DNA of 64,000 bases, from NCBI GenBank assembly GCA_010909165.1, contig MU008196.1:434001-498000 (forward strand), in the 5' to 3' direction. Of the stretch, positions 52,546 through 64,000 are shown one piece after another. Position 1 is the stretch's first letter, and each line of letters starts with the position of its first letter. The position numbers were made by a program, and so were the translations under genes. The notes beneath the pieces were generated by a model. That model made no database searches and had not been told where the DNA came from. It saw nothing but the letters and a program-made list of their open reading frames with translations. Source of the stretch: Anthoceros angustus (taxonomy: Eukaryota > Plantae > Anthocerotophyta).

Positions 52546-55500
52546 TACCTGCCAATTAGAGGACATGGTACATGCCTTTTTCACATGGCTGATCATATAA
52601 TTTTATCCATTGCAGGTGTTCTGTCCGTACCGGACATGGCTAAGAACCTCCTCTCTGTGAGATTGCTTGCTTTTGATCATGACTTGGAGTTACGTTTCTC
52701 TAGAACCACTTGTGCCATTTTTCAGCGTGCATCTCCTTCAGTCTGCATAGGCCGTGGTCTACTAGATCTAGATCTCTACAAGCTGGATGTGCATTGTGCA
52801 ATGTCATTGACTCCACATGTTATCACATCGACTTCTCCAACTCCACTCTCTGCAATTGATCAAGCTAAGTTATGGCATGCTCGACTTGGGCATGTCCACA
52901 AGAACTTATTGATCAAGCTGTCCTCTGAAGATTGCTATGTGGAGCCCCTTCCTTCTTGTTTTCGAGACCTGCCTATATGTGACGCATGTTTGTTAACAAA
53001 ACAGTAAGAGAAGCCATTTCCTAGTTCGGCTTTTCACACGATTGCTGTTCTTGATTTAGTTCATGCCGACATTTCTGGGAAACTTCAGACCCAGTCCTTA
53101 GGCAGTGCTTTATACTATCTCACACTAACTGATGACTACAGCGGATTTACCTGGACATATGTCTCGTAAGAGTGACACCTCCTTCTCCTATTTCCAAGAG
53201 TGGTTCTATATGGCCCAGTGACAATCTGGTCGACTTCTCAAGTGCCTTCACACGGATAACAGGTCCGAATTCTGTAACCATGCTTTTAATTCTTTCCTTC
53301 AGGATCATGGGATCATCCGCCAGCTCACTGTGACATACACACCACAACAAAACGGAGTGGCAGAGCGGAAAAATCAAACGCTTATGGGAATGACTCGCAG
53401 CATGTTGAGCTGGGCAAGCTCAACATAGAGTACTAGGCTGAGGTAGTCGTTATTGCCACATACATCCTGAATCGTCTTCTTACAACTTCTTTACAAGGCA
53501 AGACACCTTTTGAAATGTTTTGGGGACGGAAGCCTAATATTCTTCATTTCCGGGTCTTTGGTTCCTCTGCTTTTGCCTACATACCTACAGTCAAACGTCA
53601 AAAACTTGATGATAGATCAAAGCAACTTATTTTTGTTGGTTATGGAGAAGAGGCTAAAGCCTACAAATTGATTGATCCTGACACACTTACCCCTGTTTTA
53701 GCTCGTAGTGTTGTGTTCAAGGAAATCTCCTCTGCTGGTTCTTCACCTCATGCTAGCACTCACGCTGATTCGGACACTTCCGATGATGAGGACCCTCCTT
53801 CACACTCTGCAGACCCTTTGCCTTCCATCTTTCCACAGGAAGACATTGTTGATGTTGTTGATCCTGCTTTACCACCAGCTCAGCAAGACCCCGATTTATT
53901 GCCTGCACCTGACCCCATTGTTCCAGATTCCATTCTTGTTCTTACGGACCCTCCTGCACCTTTGGTCCCTAATTTAATCCCACCAGCACCTTTGTTGGAG
54001 GATCCTAACCCTGATCAAGTTTTAGAGGAGGCTGCCCTTCCTCCTGTGGATGATCTTCCTCCACGGAGATATCCAGCTTGCCATCATGCTCCTCCCTCTC
54101 ATGGGACAAAACCCCCTTACCAATCCAATGACTTTTGTCCTTCTTCCCGAGTTGTTGCTCCTGGTAGTGCCCCTCTCCACCTCAATTGACCTTGTCTCCA
54201 TGGATGAAGCATATTTTGGTTCGGACAAGCACCATTGGCAAGCTGCAATAGTTGAGGAATATCAATCCATTATTAAGAACAATGCATGGATACTCACAGA
54301 CTTGCCACCTGGTCGAAAAGCTGTTACCTGTAAATGGGTTTTCAAAACCAAGCTGAATGCTGACGGTGAGATTTTCTCATATAAGGCTCGCCTTTGTGCT
54401 CGTGGATTTAGCCAAGTCCCTGGTCAGGATTACCTAGAGACCTTCTCTCCTGTTGTCACAGCACAATCAGTTAGGATGCTACTTGCTTTGGCTGCTGAAC
54501 TCAACTGAGAGCTACATCAAATGGATGTTTGCACAGCATTCTTGCATGGTGAAATTGAGGAGGAAGTATTTATGGAACAACCACAAGGCCATGTTAACAA
54601 GAAGTTTCCTCGTAAGGTACTTCAACTCTTAAAGGCCCTGTATGGATTGAAACAGAGTGCTATGCTATGAACAAGCGCTTAGATACTCATCTGAAGGCAC
54701 TTGGTTTTGTGCAAAGCGCAGCAAATCCCTCTGTCTATATCCTGGTTGATGGCTCAGCCTTCTGCATCCTTGGTTTTTATGTTGATGACTGCGTCTTTGC
54801 CTGTTCACATGTCTCTCTGTTAGAACAGGTCAAGACTCTGTTGAGTTCTGAATTTGAAATGAAGGATGTGGGATAGCTTAAATTCTGTCTAGGAGTGCAA
54901 ATCCTACGTCATAGAGATAAAAGCCTTGTTGTTATTCACCAGAAGAAATACCTGACTGGAAGTTTGAAACGTTTCCAGCACGTCCAATCTCCAATCCTGG
55001 CTCTGTGGGAGTAAAATTAACAGTAGATTAGTGTGCAAATAGCCCTGATGAAGTTGCAGACATGGAGAAGATTCCATACATGCATGCTGTTGGTTTTCAT
55101 CTCTAACTGGACTAGACCTTACATAGCATTTGCAGGTAGCAATGTATCACAATTCCTTGAGCAACCAGGACGTGTACATTGGGCTGCAGTTAAACGAATT
55201 TACCGTTATTTGAAGGGGACTATGATGTATGGACTCTTTGTCAAGCTGACTCACTGAGGCACATGGCCTCACTCTTATGGCATATATAGATGCCAATTGG
55301 GCATCAGATTCTGACTCAGGGAAAAGTCTTTCAACTTATTGTTTCTTTCGTGCTGGTGGAGTCATCAATTGGTCCTGTAAGAAGCAAACATCTATAGCAT
55401 TATCGTCGACAGAAGCTGAGTACATCTCTTTGACAGCTTCAGCAAAGGAAGCTGAATGGGCACGTGCCTACCTCAAGGATCTTCACTTTGAGCAACTCCA

Positions 55501-55670
55501 GCCTACGACAGTGTTCTGTGATAATAGCTCTGTATCACAGGCCCCCGTTTTCATGCCAGGACAAAGCATTTTGAAATCAAACACCACTATATCAGGGATG
55601 CAGTATCAAGAGGAGTTATCACTGTTGAGTATATTCCTACAGCAGAGAACACTGCAAACACGATATCTTG
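52545..55670 (+). mobile_element. Degenerate Ty1/copia pol (family 3)
   Basis: VPDMAKNLLSV, LWHARLGH, CDAC, TPQQNGVAERKNQTL, FRVFGS, CKWVFKTK, YKARLCARGFSQ, FYVDDC, YIDANWASD, STEAEY. Multiple stops; no LTRs seen. Confidence 0.92.
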
Positions 55671-55869
55671 TGAAGGGGGTGAATATCCGAACCCCCTTCC
55701 GTGAAATGAAAACCCTCTTAGCGCATTACACACAGTCCCGAAATATGCGTTTTAGCTCTTTTTAAAGAAAGGTCGACCATGTTCCAACACGTTGGTATTG
55801 AGAAAAACCATATTCGCGCAACAAAGACATCAAAACGGCGAGAGGGCGCCAGCCGGCCGGCGCCTTTTC

Positions 55870-58060
55870 ATTGTTTCTTTGGGTTCTCCCCCCTCGCCCT
55901 TGTGTCTTCCTGTACTCCTGTGGCGTCGTCGTCAGGGGTCGTGGAAGGCTGCCAAATACTATCCAAAGTTTGCTGTCCCTCTGCCAAAAGGGCACCAGTT
56001 TTGGTCTTCAACCGCCTTGCGTTTAAAACAAAGGCCAGGAGTCCTTCTCGATACACCTCCTTTGCCGAATAAGTCCTCTGCGGTGGGCGTCAAACGCTCT
56101 TCTTCAAGATCGTGCGTAACCTCATGCCCAAGAATCTGTGGAATGTATCCTGACACCTCAAGTCGCCTTCAACAACAATACACCTCCCGATAGTAAAGCC
56201 AATAACGTTGTCCCACTCCCGGAGCATACATCCAAAATCCAATCCCCCTCTCGCGAGAAGGTTCTGATAAGTTTCATCATAAGCCCCAGAGGCCTCTGGT
56301 ATGGGCAAACCACCAGCTTGTCTTGGGACATGTACACCTGTTTCTTCACAACCGTATCGTGTGCGATCACAGACCTCCCATTGTTGAAAGTGCCGTGCAT
56401 GGCATTAGGCATCATTGGAACTCTATCCCCTGTGAACCCATCTTTCATGCCCCACCCCACCGTGACATATTCCACGGTTTCGAACCCACCCCTGTCATTG
56501 TTCATGTTGGTCTTGTCCCATACAAATGAGACCAAGCCCCCTTTCTTGCTCCACTTTCGCATTGACTCCCTCACGGTATGAGCCTCCTCCACACCATGCA
56601 TGACAATCATTCTCAACTCATCTGAAGTAGTTTTCTCCGCATAGCTCTGCAAAACAGTGTCCATCATCTGCTTGTCAACTCGTTTGTCCAAGGGCCCAAT
56701 TTGAAACCCCCTTGGAACGTCCATCACCATAAGTGTGTACTTCCGTCCTCTCAGAAACCCTCGCATGTCCAAGACATCCCTGCTTTCCACTTGGTATTGT
56801 ACTTGTTTGTCCGAGGATGGAACATTGAAGACCTCCAATCCTTCCTCAAGGTCCTTGTCCGCGAGCACGCTCGTCCTCCGCCCCTTTCCAATTATTAACT
56901 TCAAAATGAAATGTTGGAAGACATCCGAAGTTTGGAAAGGACCTCAATATCCTTCGCTTCGCCAAACACATGATTGTTAGTCCAAAGCAAAAGAACAGAG
57001 GCGCCGGCCGGCGCCCTCGTCCACTTTTCGAACACACATGGGCAGCAAACTAACCTTTCCAGCAAAAGCAGTTTGAAAGCGGGACAACATCTGGTCTGTC
57101 GAATGCAACGGATATTCTTCTCGCACCTCCTCGAATGAAGAGCACCCCAGGTGTTTCACCATCGCAACTTGTATGACATGGAACTTCTTCCGCAAAGTGA
57201 TCTCCTCATCCATGCCTTTCAAATCAATAAGTCCAGTTAAAACTTTTTCTCAGACTTAATTTGCCGCACTCTCCACCGGTATTCCTTGAAGGATTTCCAT
57301 GGCTTTGCCAACATGTCCTTTGGCTTTACGTACAGTGTCCACTTGCTTCGTCCACCCCACCTTCCCTTTCCTTTCTTGCTTATCCTCACGGTAAATGCTT
57401 CTTCCGTCTATTCTCCACCTCCCACTTTGAAAAATCAAGTCCACATTGTCCCACACCTTCCCTCCCGCGATGCATAAAATGTGTGTGCGATTGTCTACTT
57501 TGTTCTGCTTGTAGACATCGTCTTCGCGCCCTTCATCATCCTCAATCAATCCCAGCACTTTGTACAGATTTTACTTCCATGCCATGGTCATCTCAGACTT
57601 CTTCGCGTTCGCAATCAGCAGCTCATCTCGCAAGTACCGGACCTGCTCTATGAAGTTCATCTTCTTCCTTGTCCGACATGGTATTGTGATCCGTGGCCAG
57701 CACTGATTGCAAGAAGCCAATAGACATGTGCTTCCACATATTGAACCTCTTCTTCCACGGTGAGATATCACATAGATGTTTCATGGCATAAGTATGGTTC
57801 CCACCAAGAACCCCATAACGATTTTTTCGCCCGCCATCGCTACCAAATTGCCGAGGTCAGCACTCACTTGGATCTATCATACATAAGAGTGGCAAAACAC
57901 CTCCTCTATCCTCCCTTCGAAATAACCCGAGCCAAATAATTGGCCCATGCCTCATCAACCTCGAATCAAGATCCTGCGCGAGGCTGGTCTTAAGTTCTCC
58001 AATTTGACCAACACCGCTTTCCAAGACAACCTTCTGGTCAATCCCTCAGAGAGGGGTCTC
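55870..58060 (-). pseudogene. ParB-like domain + beta-class N6-adenine/N4-cytosine DNA methyltransferase fusion
   Basis: ParB-like VKLENLRP..ILIR/VDEAWANYLARVISKGG..VLPLLCMIDP..RYGVLGGNHTYAM (GGNHT at 57791-57805). MTase ORF 56158-56904 has catalytic-site-like YTLMVMDVPRGF ahead of CPYQRPLGLMMKLIRTFSREGDWILDVCSGSGTT, then GRCIVVEGD after a frameshift. Confidence 0.75.
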
Positions 58061-58399
58061 GAGATCCCGGATCGCGTCTTCTAACGTTCTTCATCGAAAT
58101 ATGGACCGAATGGCTCCAACCGATCCTCCACTGCCATTTTCTTCGCTTTTTCCTTCCTCGCCTCCGTGCGCCACTATGTGGCGTAGCCCCCATGGAATCC
58201 AAATTGAGCGGGCGCTTTCCCAATGACACAGCCGCCGTCATCGCCTCCTGAGAGGCGCCGGCCGGCGCCTCCTCCTTCTTCATCCCGCCAACCCCGCCTC
58301 CACACCAATCTCCTCCTCCTGGGATCCAATATCGATTCTTCCACTGCGGTCCGGTGGAAGGGCTGGCAAGAGCGCCAGCCGCCCCCCCCCCATCTCCTT

Positions 58400-61300
58400 G
58401 TTGAAACCGGATAAACCGGATCCGGTGGGCAAGTTCGCCTGCTCCACCCTTCAACACGCGCCGGCCGGCCGCCTGACCCCTGCTCCGGATCAGAGGCCAT
58501 GGTTGGGACAACCATTGACGCCCATGCAATGCCAGTGCATATCTGATCTCCGTCTTCCTCATGCCCCGGACACTTCTTCCTCCGAATGCCCGAGCACGTG
58601 AATGGGGCCATCTTCCTCATCCGAGGGCCCAAGTTCACTTTCGGGATCCGGGGCTCGACTCTTCCGCAATTCTTTGATGGGCTGCTCTCACCCTTCTCAT
58701 TGAAAGCTCTCCGTGATCCACAACTGCTCGTAATCTTCCGCAAATAGCCTCGATGAGGGCCATTCCACGCGGGCCGGAAATGTAAAAAGCGAAAGTCACG
58801 CTACCATCCAAGTCTCATGGTTTGAAAAGAGGTTTTGTTCCAACTTACAGGTTGGCGCATGCACTCGCGAACTCTTCGACAAGTGAGCGAGGTGCACATT
58901 TCTTGGCATTGAACCCTCCGAGGTCGAGAACATAAGACCAGAAATATCGTGGTCCCGGATCAGCTCAAACTCATATGGCCCGGTGGTGCAAAATAACGTA
59001 AACTCGGCTCCCCTCATTCATATCCATTGTTGCCCATTACCCATCCACTTGTTTTTGATTGGGCAAAGCATTCCCATTATCCGTAGTTTCAAGAAGGCGT
59101 CCATCTGCTTTCCTCTTCTCGGATGCGGATCCCGGACGAGCATCCAATCTTCCAAAATCATAGGTCAATCTGCCACCCTCATGGATGTGCACGGTTTCCT
59201 CGTAGCGAAAGGTGATGGAATTGGAGGTGGCACCACATGCTTTGAACTTTTGGTGCCTCCTTCCCAGCCCTTGCGGCGCAGCCTTTGTTCGGCTTGTCTT
59301 CCTCAAGACATGCTCCAGATTTTGTCTCCCACCGATGCTTTATGCCCTCCACACCTCCGGATGTGCGCGCCTCCATTGCCATGCACTCGCTACCGGTGGC
59401 GCCTCGAACTTCTTGCTCCGCCTCCCGCCGCCTTGTTCCCGCTTTGCTGGGGTCGGCCACCGCCAGTCCTTCTTGCTCCGCCTCCCGCCATCTTCAATTA
59501 TAACCAAGAATCAAAGACAAGGCGGCGAGAAATCAACTCGTCGAAAGAGAATGGAAGGAAGGTGATGCTCGATCACAAGAGGGCCGAACTTTTCGCAAAA
59601 TCATAGGTCAATCTGCCACCCATGGATGTGCACGGTTTCATGAAAGGTGATGGAATTGGAGGTGGCCCCACATGCTTTGAACTTTTGGTGCCTCCTTCCC
59701 AGCCCTTGCAGCAGCCTTTGTCTTCCCCAAGACATGCTCCCGATTTTGTCTCCCCAGCCGATGCTTTATGCCCTCCACACCTCCGGATGTGCAGTGCGCC
59801 TCATTGCCATGCACTCCGCTGGTGGCGCCTCGAACTTCTTGCTCCGCCTCCCGCCGCCTTGTTCCAGCCTCGCTTTTTTACGGCGGCGGGTGGTCGCCAC
59901 CTCTCCGAGTCCTTGCTCCGCCTCCCGCCGCCATCTTCAATTGCAACCAAAAGCAAGCGACAAGGCGGGCGAGAAATCAACTGTCGCAAAGAGAATGGAA
60001 GGAAGGTGATGCTCACTGAAGAGGGCCGAACTGTCGCAAAACCGCCGATGGATCGATGGCTTCGATGCGCCGCAAAGTTCGGCGATCGCCGCAGATCGCT
60101 GAATTCTCTCGGGCCGCCAAGGGAGAAATGGAATTCAACCGCAATTGTGCTCCAACTCGCCGAGCAACACACAGGCGCCGGCCGGCCGGCCCTGGACCTG
60201 ATCCGTAGGCCATGGTTGGGACAACCATTGACGCCCATGCAATGCCGGGCTTGGCGATCTCCATCTCGTCTTCCTCATGCCCCGGACACTTCTTCCTCCG
60301 AATGCCCGAGCGTCTGAATGGGGCCATCTTCCTCATCCGAGGGCCCAAGTTCACTTTCGGGATCCGGGGCTCGGACTCTCTGCCTCTTACAATTCTTTGA
60401 TGGGCTGCTCTCACCCTTCTCATTGAAAGCTCTCTCCTGTGATCCACCTGTCTCCGTAATCTTCCATAAATAGCCACTCTGAGGGCCATTCCAAAGCTGG
60501 GTGGAAAGCAGCGAAATCACGTCATCCAAGCCTCATGGTTCTCAAAAGGCGGTTGTTGTTCCAACTTACGGTGTGTTCGCATGCACTCGCGGAACTCTTG
60601 ACAAGTGAGCGAGGTGCACATTTCTTGGCATTGAACCCTCCGGAGAACATAAGACACCTGTAAATATCGGGTCCCGGATCATGCGTCAAACTCATATGGC
60701 ACTGGTGGTGCAAAACAACGTAAACTCGGCTCCCCTCATTCATATCCATTGTTGCCCAGATTACCCATCCGGCTCTTGCTCTTTGATTGGGCAAAGCCCC
60801 CTGTACCCCATTATCCGTAGTTTGACAAAGGCGTCCATCTGCTTTCCTCTTACGGATGCGGATCACGGGCGAGCATCCAATCTTAAAATCATAGGTCAAT
60901 CGGCCACCCGATCTGCGGATGTACGGTTTCCTCGTGGCGAAAGGTGATGGAATTGGAGGTGGCACCACATGCTTTGAACTTTTGGTGCCTCCCCAGCCCT
61001 TGCGCAGCAGCCTTTGTTCGGCTTGTCTTCCCGAAGACATGCTCCAGATTTTGTCTCCCGGTGCTTATGCCTCCACACCTCCGGATGTGCAGTGCGCTCT
61101 CCCACCATGCACTCGGCCGGTGGCGCCTCGAACTTCTTGCGGTGTTCGCTTGCCTTGTTTCGTTTTTACGCGTTGGCGCTGGGGTCGGCCCTTTGCCTGC
61201 AGTCCTTCTTGCTCCGCCTCCCGCCATCTTCAATTATGCAAACCGCCGGCGGGCGAGGCGGCAATGCTGCGAAAGATGAATGGAAGGAAGGTGATGCTAC

Positions 61301-61450
61301 TCATCACGAAGAGGGCCGAACTGTTCATAAAAACACCCGATGGATCGATGGCTTGCCTCTCAAAGCTCGGCGGTAGCCATGGCTGAATTCTCTCTCGCGC
61401 GTGGCCGCGAAGGGAGAAAGCGTGGAATTCAACTGCAATTGTGCTCCAAC
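58400..61450. repeat. GC-rich segment present in 2-3 rearranged, indel-rich copies (upstream part of the minus-strand coding unit)
   Basis: 58450-59600 is repeated at 60170-61330; 59160-59600 is also repeated at 59600-60040. Confidence 0.8.
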
Positions 61451-62499
61451 TCGCCGAGCAACACACGCTGTATGCTCTCTGCCTCGTTACTTCTCCTGGA
61501 CTGGAAATACGCCCCACAACGCCACACCGTCACGCGAACTGGCAAGAGAAAGAGGGTTGTAATTAGGGTTCCCTTGCCCCCGGGCATTTATAGACCAAAA
61601 ACGTACTTGAAATACCTCGTTACACCATATTTCGCTATGCCCTAATATAAACTCCTGTCTATCCATAATCACATTGACTTCCGTGACGGCTGGCCGGGGC
61701 ACCATAATTGTCGACCATAAAAGGCATGACGGCGCGATCCACCGTTGGATACCTCTCACTGATAGTCCATCATGATGTCGTAACGACAGAGAAAAATAAT
61801 GTCCTTCCTATCTTTGCGATATGCCTTCTAAGGCAGACAACCGCCATTCGCATGCACCTTCCTTGACCATTCTCCTCGCTCCTGAAGGTCTCTTTCTGGC
61901 CCTTCCGCCTCGCCCCGCTTCTCCATGTTTGCACGTCCGCTCAATGCTGTTCTTTCAACGAGAGGGATCAATGTTCGCCACCCACACCCCGGAAGAGAAG
62001 GGAAGAGGTTGTGACAGGCCGCCACATCACATCCGCCACAACCCGGTGTGCATTTTGCCATTTGAGGCGTGAGATGATGAAGGTTAGATTTCTTCCTTGA
62101 TTATAATGGATGATGGGCGGTTTGAAAATCCATATGTGATCCCGTTGATATTCGGACATTGCTCTGCGCATGCAGACGAAACGTCGACATTTGTCGCCAA
62201 ATGTCCCGCGAGGTGTTCCTCGAACACCTAGGAATTTGCATCGCTATGCTGCTTTGGAGGGAAGCCCATCCAAACGCCGTTCTCTCTTCCCAATGTCTGT
62301 GACCTTCCCCTGGGAGACAGACCGATGGTTCCACGCCGTGGTTTGTTTCATGAGGATATTGTTGCTCGCCTCCACTCACCGGATGATGAAGGGCCCAGTG
62401 GGGACGACGAGGATTCCCTCCACTTCCAGACACCTGATGCCTGTCAATCCTTCCATCCGAAGCCTCTGAGTGAGACTTTGAAGGCCCCGACAACCGCAA

Positions 62500-64000
62500 G
62501 TACTCTATCATGCCGAGACGCTGAAATGGAGTGTCGTTGACAAAAGTGAAGGGAGACAATGCTTGCAGATTTCAAGAAGCCTTGTTGCAACAAATGTGTT
62601 TGCTTGACCAAAGAGCGATTTCAAGAAGCCTTGTTGCAACAAATGTGTTTGCTGGTGACCAAAGAGCGATTTGAGGCGGATACCGCTTTCTTGGATGGGG
62701 AGGCGAGGAGACATTTCTTCGCTCTTGTTCATGGAGATGCGGTGATAGAAGGAAAGCGGTCACATATCTCATGGGAGCGACTCTTATGCGCCGCTTGAAG
62801 GCTTTCAAAAGAGTGTATTGCCTTGGGCACAAGAGGTATGAGGAGCTAAAGAGCGAGTCTTCGAATCACCTTGGGATGGATTCGGACCAAACCAAGGCAC
62901 AATCTACTTATGCGCTTGATGCCATTTCTTGGATGGACAATGCTTTTATGTTTATGGCGGCTTCCTAATTTGGAAGTATTTAATCTACCGACACGTATAC
63001 AAAGTTGGAAATATGGGCGTTGTACAAGCGCTATGAAAGCTCTAGCATACGCTATGTGAAGTATCCATGGTTCTTAAACTGGAGAAGCAACTTCCCAGTA
63101 AAAATCAAGTCCAACAGATTTTCAACATGCTCGCTTATGCAGCTCAAGAGCACTATAAGAAATACAAAGCACAAGCAAGATCAAGGTAAATTGCACGATG
63201 TGTCTTTCATGTGCTTGTTCCTCCGCTTGTTGAATGCCCGCCTATCATCGCACGGATGTACCCTCTTGTGTCTTCTTCGTCATAATCGATGCATGTGCTT
63301 GCAATGCCAATACTTACCATGGATTGGGTTTCCCACAAGAGGCTTGGCGGGCGCGGCGGCCGCCTCTTCTGCGGGAGCAAATCTCCCCATCTCGGAGAGA
63401 GTGGGGAGGGGCCGCGCCGGCGCCTCTGCTCTGATGATGATTCGAGACCCTCCCAAATCATCCGCAGCGGAGAAAAGGGCGATGCCGCGCCTTCCCCCAC
63501 TTCCGACACCGATGCCTCTCAATCCTTCCATCCAAGCCTCGAGTGAGACTTTGAAGGCCCCGACAACCGCAAATACTCTATCATGCCGGAGACGCCACCG
63601 GAGTGTCGTTGACAAAAGTGAAGGGAGACAATGCTTGCAGATTTTCAAGAAGCCTTGTTGCAACAAATGTGTTTGCTGACCAAAGAGCGATTTCGGGAGC
63701 GATACCGCTTTCGGATGGGGAGGTGAACAGGAGACATTTCTTGCTCTTGTTCATGGATGGAGTGCAGATAGAAGGAAAGCGGTCACACATCTCATGGGAG
63801 CGACTCTTATGCGAAGGCTTTCAAAAGAGTGTATTGCCTTGGGCACAAGAGGTATGAGGAGCTAAAGAGCGTAGTCTTCGAATCACCTTGGGATGGATTC
63901 GGACCAAACCAAGGCACAATCTACTTATGCGCTTGATGCCATTTCTTGGATGGACAATGCTTTTATGTTTATGGCGGCTTCCTAATTTGGAAGTATTTAA
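62500..64000 (+). pseudogene. Cys-rich DNA-transposase-like N-terminal region (Sola/DUF7869-like), duplicated and cut by the window end
   Basis: Across frames: KPCCNKCVC...LLC..AFKRVYCLGHKRY...AISWMDNAFMFMA.LPN..FNLPT..KLEIWALYKRY..YPWFLNWRSNFPVKIKSNRFSTC..LK. No catalytic DDE/DDD core is visible in the window. Confidence 0.45.

Noticed and set aside
55870-58060. Bacterial contamination or a restriction-modification operon
   Set aside because: It is directly joined to a plant-type copia, with no operon-like bacterial genes or endonuclease nearby. Not fully excluded without read data.
58983-61400. Plus-strand Pro/Cys-rich ORFs
   Set aside because: Shadow frames of GC-rich duplicated sequence with no domain evidence; coding sense is more likely on the minus strand.

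Overview
Eukaryotic, transposon-dense DNA, most likely from a flagellate-sperm streptophyte (bryophyte, lycophyte or fern-like; inferred from spliced SPEF2/CPC1-like exons and copia elements with a half-tRNA-Met primer site). Most of the window is nested, decayed LTR retrotransposons: five pieces of one ~345-bp-LTR Ty1/copia family, two other copia families, and Ty3/gypsy gag and pol remnants. There are two damaged host genes: a SPEF2/CPC1-like fragment and an RRM/RS-rich gene. Two mobile elements appear to carry their own DNA methyltransferases. (1) At ~44.2-51.2 kb, a Ty3/gypsy element has a DNMT3-like C5-cytosine methyltransferase directly upstream of RT, an integrase ending in a PHD finger, and an unknown 3' extra ORF with a diverged paralog at ~39.7-40.8 kb. 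(2) At ~55.7-64 kb, a minus-strand ParB-like plus beta-class (N6A/N4C) amino-methyltransferase ORF sits head-to-head with a Cys-rich transposase-like ORF. Both are disrupted in this copy. About nine 0.6-1.9 kb tandem duplications with indel-rich copies suggest long-read assembly artefacts, so many frameshifts may not be real. All family calls come from motif recognition by eye; no database search was run.
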